This document shows, piece after piece, positions 1 to 11,104 of a stretch of 40,213 bases of DNA. Both the position numbers and the translations under genes were made by a program. Every line of letters begins with the position of its first letter. The stretch's first letter is position 1. Under the pieces are notes generated by a model. The model had not been told where the DNA came from. It did no database searches and saw nothing but the letters and a program-made list of their open reading frames with translations. The DNA is from Octopus bimaculoides (lineage: Eukaryota), in assembly GCF_001194135.2 (NCBI RefSeq), contig NC_068990.1, positions 32,727,877 through 32,768,089 of the forward strand, given 5' to 3'.

Positions 1-44
1 ATATATATATATATATACATATATATACTCATGTGTGTGTGTGT

Positions 45-250
45 GTGTGCTTGTCCCGCAGCAGTGACAACCAGTGTTGGATTGTTTACATGCCTGTAAC
101 TTAGTGGTTCAGCAAAAGAGACTGATAGAATCAGTACCGGGCTTAAAAACAAAACTACTGTGTTTGATGTGTTTCACTGAAAACTCTTCAAGGTGTTGTC
201 CCAGCATGACCAAAATCTAATGACTGAAACTAGTAAGAGCTAAATGATAA
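45..250 (+). mobile_element. SINE 3' body/tail (working family B), directly following a (TA)/(TG) microsatellite
   Basis: Similar to 14295-14485, 38048-38241 and (reverse) 13912-14045: gacaacc..gttgg..gtttac..gtaacttag..ggttcagcaaaagagactgatagaat..cagcatg..tgactgaaac. Confidence 0.75.
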
Positions 251-388
251 GTCTGCCACCCAAGCAGGCCATGATGGGATTGAAACTCAGAATACAAAGA
301 ACCAGAACAAATACCAAAAGACATCTAGTCTGATATTTCAGCAGTTCTACCAATTTACTGCCTTGAATTGTCACTGTTTTATTGACCA

Positions 389-619
389 TAACTCTTTCGT
401 TACCAACCCGGCTGAAACCGGCTCTGGCTCTGAGTACAAATGTCTTGTTTTCATAAGTTCTGAATTAAAATCTTCCACCAAACTTTAATCACAGTTTATG
501 TTCCTAACACTAGCTTCATGATAACGAAGTTATTTTACTAAATTCTTTGTTATATTTAAAGTAATTGAAAGAAACACAGAGCATCTCAAAATAAATATGG
601 GTTAAAATGAAAGGGTTAA
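389..619. mobile_element. piggyBac-like MITE (degenerate TIRs, TTAA-type ends)
   Basis: Left end taactctttcgttacc; right end gttaaaatgaaagggttaa (reverse complement ttaaccctttcattttaac); TTAA-CCC termini are typical of piggyBac. Confidence 0.5.
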
Positions 620-807
620 AGGATAAAAGCAAAGTTGAGCTTGGCAGTACTGGAACTCAGAGCACAGATAGTTAGAGTGAATACAACAAAGGCTTCTGTG
701 GTCTGTCCTAATGATTCAGTCATTTCTATAGAACAAATTCTACAGTAGGTGTTTTTCCTATAGAAAATTACCTTTAAAAAATTCTAACCAAAAAAACTCT
801 TTCACAG

Positions 808-828
808 ATAGTAATGAAGACCCATATG
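808..828 (+). CDS. Candidate 21-nt microexon (phase 1-1: (D)SNEDPY(G); phase 0: IVMKTHM)
   Basis: Branch-like ttCTAAC at 782-788, ctctttcacAG acceptor, ATG|GTGAGT donor, length 3n; no homology recognised. Confidence 0.35.
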
Positions 829-1105
829 GTGAGTCTACAAATGCACAAATATTTGCATATGTAGGTTCACCATTGTGAGAATGCTGAACAGAAAGCTGCT
901 TTTCTTGTGTTCATTGTGGGATGTCAGGTCAGATATAGGTCAATTATAGTTCAGCTCATGGAATATGTTATGTGTGATGTAGCACATACATGCATAGAAA
1001 TAAATAAGATTATGCACAAAATCCTACACAACTACATTCACACACATGTGCCATACATACATACATACCTACATACATACATACATACATACAAACAGAA
1101 ATACC

Positions 1106-1200
1106 CTGTTGATGATGTTGAAATTCCAATGAAGAAGCCTTGGGTTAGAAACTGGCTTTTTCTCTGTTGGTAAGAAATCTTGAAATAAAACTCAATAATG
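1106..1200 (+). repeat. Dispersed repeat (working family E), copy 1
   Basis: gttgaaattccaatgaag.agcctt..ggttagaaactggct..aagaaatcttgaaataaaa is repeated at about 20152-20250; both copies are flanked by microsatellites. Confidence 0.7.
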
Positions 1201-1338
1201 ACTGACACACATACATGCATGCACACACGCATGCATGTATGCATGCATACAATCACACACACACGCATGTACGTAGGCACACAGCTATCTATATATCTGT
1301 CTGTATTTCACTCCCTTGCATACATATATATATATATA

Positions 1339-1532
1339 NNNNNNNNNNNNNNNNNNNNNNNNNNNNNNNNNNNNNNNNNNNNNNNNNNNNNNNNNNNNNN
1401 NNNNNNNNNNNNNNNNNNNNNNNNNNNNNNNNNNNNNNNNNNNNNNNNNNNNNNNNNNNNNNNNNNNNNNNNNNNNNNNNNNNNNNNNNNNNNNNNNNNN
1501 NNNNNNNNNNNNNNNNNNNNNNNNNNNNNNNN
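1339..1532. other. Assembly gap
   Basis: Run of N following (TA)n. Confidence 1.
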
Positions 1533-1649
1533 CACACACCAATAAACCCAACCTTTCTCGGGCTGGTGCCACACATTTTCTGCATCATATTCTGTACCAT
1601 TTTAAAAGGGGAGTGCATTTAGATGTAGAAGTTTAATTTTTGAATGGTT

Positions 1650-1930
1650 AAAACTCTACTATGTCAACTTGTATACATACACATATGTGCTTTCTGTTGA
1701 TGTTGTTCCATATGTGTAAACATTTTTTTATGATTCTGGCAATTTCTTCTAGGATTTTTCCGTGTATTCTATGAAATTCTGACTTTGTAGGTTTTAATAA
1801 ACTACAGATGGAGTTATGGGTAAAGTTTTGTGTGCGATCTTTAAGTGTTATATAAGGTGTGTGAAGTGTTGCATGTTCTTGGAACTGTAGCATCTGCCAA
1901 AGTTGCAGATTAAATGACATTACTAAATCC
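1650..1930 (-). mobile_element. Penelope-like element reverse transcriptase N-terminal fragment
   Basis: Translation ..HTPYITLKDRTQNFTHNSICSLLKPTKSEFHRIHGKILEEIARIIKKCLHIWNN resembles the PLE RT motif PYITxKDHKxNF..CRLIxPxKSExGxISKxIL..W.N (recognised by eye). Confidence 0.65.
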
Positions 1931-2039
1931 CATTGAATCAATATAGGGACCTTGGTTTGTTAGCACTGATCCAGTAGTACAGCATACAGACATGTATGTA
2001 ACATGCCAATAGCTGGTCAACAATGATTTGCTAGGCTTG

Positions 2040-2520
2040 TATAGGGAAAAACTGTCAAGGAAGTCTCATTATTCAGTGTGGATAACCTAGAACAAGAAAA
2101 GTTGATAAAAATGTCAGACTGACAGAGCCCCATGTGAATGTTAAGTAATAATTGGTCATCTGTATGACCATAGAGCTTCAATGACTCTTTAACCTTTTAT
2201 CATGGAGAAGTGAAAAAGAAAGGGGCATAAAGTGAAACCCACGGCCACTATGGTCAGTGTCAAGGGAAGACAGACATAAATGCGATGCCCTGACATGAAA
2301 TTACACAACCAAATTTGAAAGGAAATCGTTTGATGAACAGAAAGGACTCTGAGAATGTTATTAATATGTGCATTTATAACACAAGAACTCTAAATGAGGG
2401 AGGCTTGAATGAATTGCTAGGAAAATTACAAATGCTCAACTGGGAAATCACAAGACTTTCAGAAACTAAGAGAGCAGGAGAAGGCATATCAAAATCAAAA
2501 GGGCAATCTTGGTTAATATG
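2040..2520 (+). mobile_element. RTE-type LINE 5' region with start of APE endonuclease
   Basis: NMCIYNTRTLNEGGLNELLGKLQMLNWEITRLSETKRAGEG matches the APE N-terminus pattern (TYNxRTL..L..L....WDIIGLSETKR.GEG). Confidence 0.7.
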
Positions 2521-2521
2521 C

Positions 2522-2738
2522 TATATATAATGTACACGTGTATTCAGAAAACCAGCCACCAGAAAATCATGTGAGCCAAAGGCCCTGTGGCATAACAATA
2601 TATAGCTGGCCTACTTCATCAGCATTATTGGCAATAATGCTGACAAAGTGTGCTGGCTGCATTTTGTCATATAACCAGGCCTTTAGATTGACATAACGTT
2701 AAGGTGGCTATTTTCAGAAACATGTGCACTATATAAAG
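2522..2738. mobile_element. Degenerate foldback/MITE-like inverted-repeat element
   Basis: Nested symmetric matches centred on 2631: perfect TCAGCATTATTG-G-CAATAATGCTGA; aaaggcc/ggccttt; gaaaa..agccacc/ggtggctattttc; tatataatgtacacgtg/catgtgcactatata. Confidence 0.55.
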
Positions 2739-2790
2739 CAGTCACGGACAAAATATGACCGGATGGGCTTTCCAAATGGCATGCTTAACG

Positions 2791-2892
2791 AAAAGTCGAC
2801 CTCGGCGGAATTTGAACTCAGAACGTAGCGGCAGACGAAATACCGCTAAGCATTTTGCCCGGCGTGCTAACGTTTCTGCCAGCTCGCCGCCT
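2791..2892 (-). mobile_element. tRNA-derived SINE family A, young head-only copy
   Basis: Minus strand ggcggcgagcTGGCAGAAACG..GAGTTCAAATTCC (A/B boxes); nearly identical to 3750-3849; CpGs retained. Confidence 0.85.
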
Positions 2893-2949
2893 TTGTGTGT
2901 ATATATATAAATATATATATATGCATATATATACACACACAGACATATG

Positions 2950-3158
2950 TATTCATTTCATCATGTTGAACCATTAATCCCTACACACTTTTTTTTTCAT
3001 TCTCTCTCCATCCATTTGACCCTCTCAGTCCTTTCTGTCGAAGACCGTAGGCTCAAAGCATCAAAGACTTTTCCATTTTCCATGAGTGTCAAACTCATAC
3101 ACCTGCTTGTTGTTCCCTCACCTGTCTTCATTTTTTGGTTTCTGTAATTTTGAACTAT
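2950..3158 (+). repeat. Dispersed repeat with degenerate hammerhead-like motif (probable PLE terminal repeat)
   Basis: Homologous in opposite orientation to 31361-31690 (cgtaggctc..aaaga..tgttgtt..cacctgtcttc). Confidence 0.55.
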
Positions 3159-3163
3159 ATATA

Positions 3164-3500
3164 TGGCTCCGTGGTTAGAGCATCGAGCTTACAATCATGA
3201 GGTTGTGAGTTCAATTCCCGGACCGGGCTGTGTGTTGTGTTCTTGAGCAAGACACTTTATTTCACATTACTCCAGTTCACTCAGCTGTAGGAATGAGTTG
3301 TGATGTCACTGGTGCCAAGTTGTATCGGTCTTTGTCTTTCCCTTGGATAACATCTGTGGTGTGGAGAGGGGGTATGCATGGGCAACAGCTGGTCTTCCAT
3401 AAAAACAACCCTAGGCTGGGCGTTCACCAGTGAGGTGACTTTCCACCCAAACTTGTACCCTGGAGGGGAACCTTTTAGGTGCACACATAGTTATTCATGA
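3164..3500 (+). mobile_element. tRNA-derived SINE family D (conserved central core)
   Basis: A-box TGGCTCCGTGG, B-box GAGTTCAATTCC, core GTGTTCTTGAGCAAGACACTT shared with 33635-33885. Confidence 0.8.
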
Positions 3501-3528
3501 CCGACAGAGTCAAGTTTGAGTCATATTG

Positions 3529-3561
<33 letters not shown>

Positions 3562-3618
3562 GTGTGTATGTATGTATGTATGTATGTATGTATGTATGTA
3601 TATTGTGTGTGTATGTGT

Positions 3619-3849
3619 TATTTCTTTACTACCCACAAGGGGCTACACACAGAGGGGACAAACAAGGACAGACATACACGGATTAAGTTGATTATATCGA
3701 CCCCAGTGCGTAACTGGTACTTATTTAATCGACCCCGAAAGGATGAAAGGCAAAGTCGACCTCGGCGGAATTTGAACTCAGAACGTAGCGGCAGACGAAA
3801 TACGGCTAAGCATTTCGCCCGGTGTACTAACGTTTCTGCCAGCTCGCCT
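3619..3849 (-). mobile_element. SINE family A, full-length young copy
   Basis: A/B boxes, gtcgactttgcctttcatcctttcggggtcgat body, tail gtccttgtttgtcccctctgtg. Confidence 0.9.
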
Positions 3850-4576
3850 TGTGTGTGTATGTGTACTGCATGCACGTGTATATTCTGTTAGGTATATATA
3901 TATTATGTGTTTATGTAGCAAATTCAAACACCCACAGTATGAAGTTATTGTATTTATATCATTATTCTTTATTTTGCCAAAGTCCATACTGTCTGCAATA
4001 ATTTTAGAGGAAATTTATCAGTTATACAATAAGCACTGTTATAAAGTAGCTACAATTATAGAGGAGCAACTGTTACAGAACAGCATTGGATACAGAACAA
4101 CATCTGCTGCCGTACTTATCTGATTTAGTGTAACATATGGTATATTTGATTTAGTGTAGCATCTGTATTTTGTAACTACCATTATGGAGTAATTTCCATG
4201 GCACCCACAACTTTTAATTGGGGTAAATGTTTGTTGAAATGACTGAGTGGTGGAGTGTGAGCTATAGAGTAGTTGCATTTATAGAGCAGTGGCAGGTGTA
4301 GTGTAGCTTCTTTTAATGAATAGTAGTGCCAGTTATATAACAGATGTGGTTACAGAGGAATGATAATAATGAGAGTAACAGAGTAGTAAAGAAAGATCAT
4401 TTCTATGGATAATTAGAAGAAAAATAACAGATAAACTGATCCGTCGATATGCTGTCTGTATCTGTGCCAGTACTTGCACATATTTACGCAGGATTGTATA
4501 TGTACAAATAATATGCATATATTAATAACTATGTTGTGTATAAGAATATTTGTATATGAACACACACACATACATG

Positions 4577-4613
<37 letters not shown>

Positions 4614-4814
4614 ACATATATATATATATATATAAATATTCATGTGTGTGTGTGTGTGTGTGTGTGCATGTGTAAATAAATACATATATACATGAATGTA
4701 TACATACAAACGCACTCGTGTGCACACACACACACACTCATATATAGCAAAGTTAGATATTGTAGAATAAAAAGGAAAAGGGAGTGATACAGTTAAGCAA
4801 GCAGATAGATATAT

Positions 4815-4861
<47 letters not shown>

Positions 4862-4996
4862 GAGAGAGTTGAAATAATTCTGTAATAATAATATAGTTTC
4901 ATAGCAAATATAATTCTAAACAAGATGATGAGAGAGAAATTGAGTCTTTTATACAAAGGTCGTAATTAAAGATCTTTGTTTGAATATCTCGCTAAG

Positions 4997-5076
4997 TCAG
5001 ACCAACTCTGAGGAATCTGGCAACGGAAGTAATTCTTGAATAGCAACAAATATTATGGCATTATTAATAGAGGAAC
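4997..5076 (-). CDS. Candidate terminal coding exon (G)SSINNAIIFVAIQELLPLPDSSELV*
   Basis: Minus strand ttttCTAACgacttctcttcactttAG|GT: branch point, polypyrimidine tract and AG; the phase-1 frame gives 25 codons to TGA, the other frames stop early; upstream exons not found. Confidence 0.35.
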
Positions 5077-5159
5077 CTAAAGTGAAGAGAAGTCGTTAGA
5101 AAAACATCTTATCATACAACCATAATAGAATGAATCAGGGAGTAGAGGGATATTATAAG

Positions 5160-5541
5160 TGAAAATGTATGTGTGTGTTTGTGTGAGTGTGTGCTTGTGT
5201 GTGTGTTTGCGTGTTTGTGTGTATACACATACATGTATATTTATATGTGTATATAAATATATAAAAAAAAATTTGTGTGTATATTTGTGTACAATACAGG
5301 TGATATATCTTGGTCATCATATTGCTCTCACATAAGTGTATATTTGTTGACATATAAACACACATGAATCTCTTTCTCTGTCTGTCTGTGTATGTATGTA
5401 TGTATGTATGTATGTATGTATGTATGTATGTGTGTATGTATGTATGTATTTATGTACATACGTATGTATGTGTATATGTATGTACAGAAAATACTGTAGA
5501 CCACCATTATATATATGTGTATATATGTATATACATGTGTA

Positions 5542-5575
<34 letters not shown>

Positions 5576-5870
5576 CATATATATACATATATATATATAT
5601 ATACACATATACATATATATATACATACACATGTACGCACACATATATATATAAATATATGCGTGTGTGTGTGTATATATATATGCATATATATATATAT
5701 ACACACATATATACATATATATATACACACACACACACATGTATGTGCATGCACATGCACATAGAAACATGAAAATACATGGCGTGTCATGCATATGATT
5801 ATTCTGACTGTCCACAGAGACAAACACATACACATGTCAGTGCGTGTTTGCATGTGTGTGTTAACCCATA
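5160..5870. repeat. Compound microsatellite block (TG/TA/TATG/CA)
   Basis: Direct inspection; source of the YICV/HTHT-type ORFs. Confidence 0.95.
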
Positions 5871-6272
5871 CATATTGACCTTTGATACAACTTATTTTTC
5901 CTTTAATTATCTATTCAATGTCTGTCCTTTCTTTTCCTCTATATTTCTATTTCACACATATCTATACATTTCCAACATTCATTCATTTTGTTACAAACAA
6001 ACCTACCCAGCAAGAATATGTATATATAAGTTATAAAGCAGTGGTACAGAAATGAAAGTGTGTATACACACATACACATAAACACATGCAGTATCAGGCA
6101 CAATATAAGCAATTGAGTTCACCTATTTGTTTGAAATTGGTAATTCACTTTTTTTATGTTAATCTGAGTTTCATATTTGTGTATATTTGCTCTTTGTTGC
6201 TGGAACATACCAACACACTGCCAAGAAACTCAGAGTACCATATTTTCTAGCATACAAGTTAATGTAATACAT

Positions 6273-6488
6273 AATCTACTCTAGGCACAAGGCCCGAAAT
6301 TTGTGGTGAGGTGTGGGGTCAGTCAATTAGATTGACTCCAGTACACAACTGGTATTTAATTTATCGACCCCTAAAGGACGAAAGGCAAAGTTGACCTTGG
6401 CGGAATTTGAACTCAGAGCATAAAGCCAGACAAAATACTGCTAAGCATTTCGCCCAGCATGCTAACGTTTCTTCCAGCTTGCTGCCTT
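6273..6488 (-). mobile_element. SINE family A
   Basis: ctactctaggcacaaggcccgaaat..aaggcaaagttgaccttggcggaatttgaactcag..gctaacgtttc. Confidence 0.85.
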
Positions 6489-6610
6489 TAATGTAGTACA
6501 TTATATAAACACTCTGGCATAGTCATTATCTTTCCCAAACCTTCTGCATTTCACATGGAATTTTTGGCTTTCTAAAGTTGTTTTGGTGCAGAAGTTGACC
6601 TACCTCTTTT

Positions 6611-6823
6611 GGCTGAGGTGGCAGAATCTTTAGCATGCCAAGCAAAGTACATGGTAGCATTTTGTTCATCTTTAGGTTCTGAGTTCAAATTCCACAGAGG
6701 TTGATTTTGCCTTCCATCTTTTCAGGGTCGATAAAGTAAGTACCAGTTGAGTACTGGTGTTGATGTAATTGACTTACCCCAGCCCTTGACCTTGCTAGCC
6801 TTGCACCAAAATTTGAAACCAAT
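6611..6823 (+). mobile_element. SINE family A (inverted relative to 6273-6488)
   Basis: tggcagaatc..ttctgagttcaaattcc..tttgccttccatcttttcagggtcgataaagtaagtaccag. Confidence 0.85.
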
Positions 6824-7039
6824 GTTAGTCTGAAAAATTCAACCTGTATGGTAGCCACACAGTTAATCATCAACCTCAAACTAATGACTAAACGCTACTG
6901 CAAGAACTAGGTCGTTTTTTTTTTATCACCTGACTGTATCAGCAAACACATGTGCACACACACTTTTATGCAATAGTGTACAGCTTTCCAGTAATTTCTG
7001 TGCATAGTTTTAGCCATGATTTAGTAGAACAAGGACTGA

Positions 7040-7290
7040 CATTGGTGGAACTCTTGTCTTCAATGGTTACAACCATAACAACATACTTGTAATGAGAATC
7101 CAAGTACCAAATTTACTCAAGAAGCTGCATGAGTTAATTCCATTTATATAGACACATGTCTCCAACCTGTGTAAATCTAATTCTCATTAACAGACTGGAG
7201 TATGTTTGCCTTAATCTCCTTGGTTCTAGTGAAACTCAAACATCTAAAAGGAGCACCAGTGTGTTAGTTTTGGCATTAGATGAAGAGAAA
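7040..7290 (-). mobile_element. Decayed LINE RT C-terminal fragment
   Basis: Frameshifted translation RRLRQTYSSLLMRI..WRHVS resembles the LINE motif RLDGTYTRLL.R..NISWR. Confidence 0.35.
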
Positions 7291-7776
7291 GACTGAACAG
7301 ATGTGAAGAGGTGTTTTATACTGTAGTTGGAGCTGGTATCTATGGTGCCTGTTGTGTGTTTGTGGTGTGTGGGCACATACATACATACACACACACAAAC
7401 ACATATATTTAAGTCATATTATATGGATTCAAATAATCCGGTAGTGCTTATAAAAAATAAGCTCCTTGATATATCATTCTACAAAACATAGAATATATAG
7501 TATGCTACAAGAGAAAACAAAGACTTTCTTTCACATGAGGATGTAGCTTAAATTCTGCATTATTTTGAAAGTTTTTTTTGCATCTTTTATTAATGCAGAT
7601 ATGTAAGTAATTTATTTATTATTAAGTATGATGATACAAATTATTTACATGTTTTTAAGTTATGAAACAATTTGTCATGATATTTGAATTTTCTTGTTGT
7701 TTATTGAAATTTCATCAAACTATTTCTCTGTCATTTATAGCTTTATATATATATGTATATATATATATATATATAT

Positions 7777-7908
7777 NNNNNNNNNNNNNNNNNNNNNNNN
7801 NNNNNNNNNNNNNNNNNNNNNNNNNNNNNNNNNNNNNNNNNNNNNNNNNNNNNNNNNNNNNNNNNNNNNNNNNNNNNNNNNNNNNNNNNNNNNNNNNNNN
7901 NNNNNNNN
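7777..7908. other. Assembly gap
   Basis: Run of N. Confidence 1.
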
Positions 7909-8032
7909 TAATATTATGATATATTTTTTAATGTAAACCATCTGTGTGTGTGTGTGTGTGTGTGTAGCAAAATAATTGAGATTCAGATATTATTATTATT
8001 ATTATTATTATTATTTATTATTATATATATAT

Positions 8033-8165
8033 ATCAAAATAAGCAACAGGATATCCAAAGGTGAAGCAGTATGACTGTTTCAAGTGGCTCCATTTAATTG
8101 AACAATGGAGCCACTTGAAACAGTCATACTGCATCACCTCTGGATATCCTGTTGCTTATTCTGAT
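8033..8165. repeat. Near-perfect long inverted repeat (62-bp arms, 3 mismatches, 9-nt spacer)
   Basis: 8033-8094 is the reverse complement of 8104-8165 except at 8037/8161, 8058/8140 and 8065/8133. Confidence 0.95.
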
Positions 8166-8767
8166 TTTATTCACCTTATTTAGAAATTGTACGGATAATA
8201 CCCTACTAAATTCTGGTGCCTCAACTTAAGTACCTAATTCATCTGAATCTCAATTATTTTGCTACACACACACACACACACAAGCATGCACACACGCAGA
8301 TGGTTTACATTAAAAAATATATCATAATATTAGAAATTTATTTATATTCATGAAATGTATTTTCCCTGTTGGGAAGTAAAACCACAACAGAAGAAATAAA
8401 GGTAAAACCACAAATTTCACTCCTTGATTAAATGAGTACACAGATACATCATAGACACTAGCTCTAATCACAGTATGAAAGACATCTCTTTTTCCTCTAT
8501 CTAAAGCCAAAAGTAACACAGTGGTACTTCTATCACCTGCTGTCATTAAGTAGAAGCTTCAAGAGAATTCAACTAACTCAACACAATCCTTTGAAAGACA
8601 AATAATAAAACACCTGCTGCCATTAGTTCCTTGCAAAATCCATTCATCTTATGAAGGATCTGTTGTAAGGGTTAAATGTCAAAGTTATTGTTTGTGAATG
8701 TTCATGAGTGGAAGTTTGTCCTGGAGAACTTAAATGTTTTCCATATTGTTATAATGTAATAATTTTG

Positions 8768-8966
8768 CCATAGGCACCAGGTCTGAAATTTTGTGAGATG
8801 GAGCAAGCGAATTACATTGGCCTATTGCTCAACTGGTATTTATTTTATTGCCCCTGAAAGGATGAAAGGCAAAGGTGACCTTGGGGGAATTTGAACTCAG
8901 AATGTAAAGATGGATAAAATTTAAGTGAGCATTTTGTCCTGTGTGCCAATGACTGCCAGTTCACTG
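8768..8966 (-). mobile_element. SINE family A (older)
   Basis: aaggatgaaaggcaaaggtgaccttgggggaatttgaactcagaatg. Confidence 0.8.
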
Positions 8967-9959
8967 TATAGCATGTAATAATAATTAGTAATACAATCCT
9001 TTCGTACAAGTAAATGCTTAATCATAAAGAAAACTTTGCAACGTCTAAAATTTAGTGTTTCTCTTTAGGCTTTTTAGTTTTGAGGAGTTAGCAGAAATGG
9101 AGAGGCTCTGTATCAAGTTAGTTACCTTACTATTTTGCACTTCTAAGCTCTGAGAGCAAAATTTTGTCAGAGCTCTCTTTTACTGTCATTAACAATGAGT
9201 CAATGAATTATGTAGCCATAAAATGCTAGTCTTAATCCAGTCAGCTCCATATCTTCCTTACAAAAATTGATCATGTGAAAAGAAAGCAATGCTTTGCATA
9301 TTTATAAAATATTGAATGTTCTCAGAATGAAAAGTCTAAGTAGATTTGAAGCATTTAAAACATGTGAGAAGCAATACATAACCTTAAAAACCTGTTTTTT
9401 TATTTCTAACAAACACTTAGAAATGAGTAGAGATATTTACCATCATAACATTTATCCTGGTTAGCATTGGTTGGAAAGAAACAATACACACATACATGCA
9501 CTCATATAACTATAATGGTAAATATATTTATGTAGATAGATATACATTTATGTTTGTATCTACATGCATACCTGCACCTATACATGTAGCTGTATCTATA
9601 TCTCACATACACACAATCGCATCAGCACATATGCATACATAAAAGGCAAATGCATACACAAGTATAAAAATATACAAACACATACACTCATGTGTGCACA
9701 GACAGCTTGTGTTTGTTCTGAGATGCAGTTGCACATATGTATACATACATATCTCTGAAGAGATAAAAGGTTTCTGTTTGAAATGAGAAATTCCCAGGAT
9801 GCTACCGGAACTGGCACTGTAATAAAGTTCACATTGATCCATTATACAGCAGATTTATGAAGATATTCGATGGATTTTTCACCACTGAATATTTCTTTAG
9901 TGGTTGCTACTGCTATAATAAAACTCTCTGTTGTTACAAACCATTGAATCAGTAGTGCG

Positions 9960-10074
9960 TTGATCTGTACATACGTATGTATGTATACATATACGATTGT
10001 AGGCATATAATATACATATATGTGTGCATGCATGTATACAGATATACATGTGCATGTATATAAATATGTGTATT

Positions 10075-10153
<79 letters not shown>

Positions 10154-10460
10154 ACATGCATATAATTATACATGTACATGGGTATGAGTACGTGTATATA
10201 GATATGTGTGTACATGTATACAAATGTATATTTGTAGTGCATATATATATATATGTATATATATATATATTTGTGCATGTATATATATATATACGCATGT
10301 GTGTGTGAGTGTGTGTGTACATGTATAAATATTATTGAGCAGATGTATATAGATACATGTATGCATGTCTACAGATATGTGTATGTTTATGTTCATAGAT
10401 ATATGTGTGTGTATGTTAATAGATATATATGAGCATGTGTAATGCCTGCACATGCACGCA
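9960..10460. repeat. Compound microsatellite block
   Basis: (TA)n, (TG)n and mixed repeats. Confidence 0.95.
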
Positions 10461-10525
10461 CACTACTTTTTCAGCTGAATAATCTTTTCTTCTTGTATGT
10501 ATACTCAAACTTATGCTAAATACTT

Positions 10526-10740
10526 AAGGTGATGAGATGATAATCACTAGAGTGCCAGATAGAATCTTTTCTAGTATTTGTTTCTGGTCTCTGGGTTCAA
10601 ATCCTGCCAAGGTCAACTTTGTCTTTCATCTTTTCAGGTTCATTAAATAAAGTACCAAATCAAGATTGATGGAACTATTAGAGAATTGGATAAGATGCTC
10701 TGGTTCTTTGTGTTCTGAGTTCAGATTCTGCCTAGAGATT
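10526..10740 (+). mobile_element. Two degenerate SINE family A heads in tandem
   Basis: gggttcaaatcctgccaaggtcaactttgtctttcatc and gttctgagttcagattctgcc. Confidence 0.6.
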
Positions 10741-10946
10741 CCTGTCCCACCAGCAGTCAGTGCTAACCTTTCAAGTGTATGACTACAACTAATTATGGAA
10801 AAGGGTGGATGGAGGAAGAGGATGATTGTTATATCTGCTTCTGTACATGAATGGTAATGACAATAATGATAGATCATCATCATCATTTAATGTCTGTTGT
10901 CCATCAGTGAAAATCCCCCAAAATTTTGGCTCAGCCTGGTATTTAC

Positions 10947-10981
<35 letters not shown>

Positions 10982-11104
10982 CATGCATATGTGTGCCACT
11001 ATGAGAGGTTGTTGATTGAGAAGGATTCTTAGTAGGGAGAGAGAGAGAGTGACTACATCAAGTAGACTTGATACAGGGACCAATTATTAAATAAAAACCA
11101 ACAG

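Noticed and set aside
7598-7601. 4-nt AG-ATAT-GTAAGT microexon-like pattern
   Set aside because: Frame-shifting length; such matches are expected by chance in AT-rich DNA.
8531-8625. Two CACCTGCTG(T/C)CATT E-box-containing motifs about 80 bp apart
   Set aside because: Short motifs with no independent support.
9069-9116. 48-nt exon-like segment (LFSFEELAEMERLCI)
   Set aside because: Overlaps a degenerate family A SINE head (gagttagcagaaatgg..ctctgagagcaaaat).
9780-9955. Stop-free Cys/Tyr-rich plus-strand frame (NEKFPGCYRNWHC..CYCYNKTLCCYKP)
   Set aside because: No splice sites or recognisable domain; an open frame of this length is plausible by chance.
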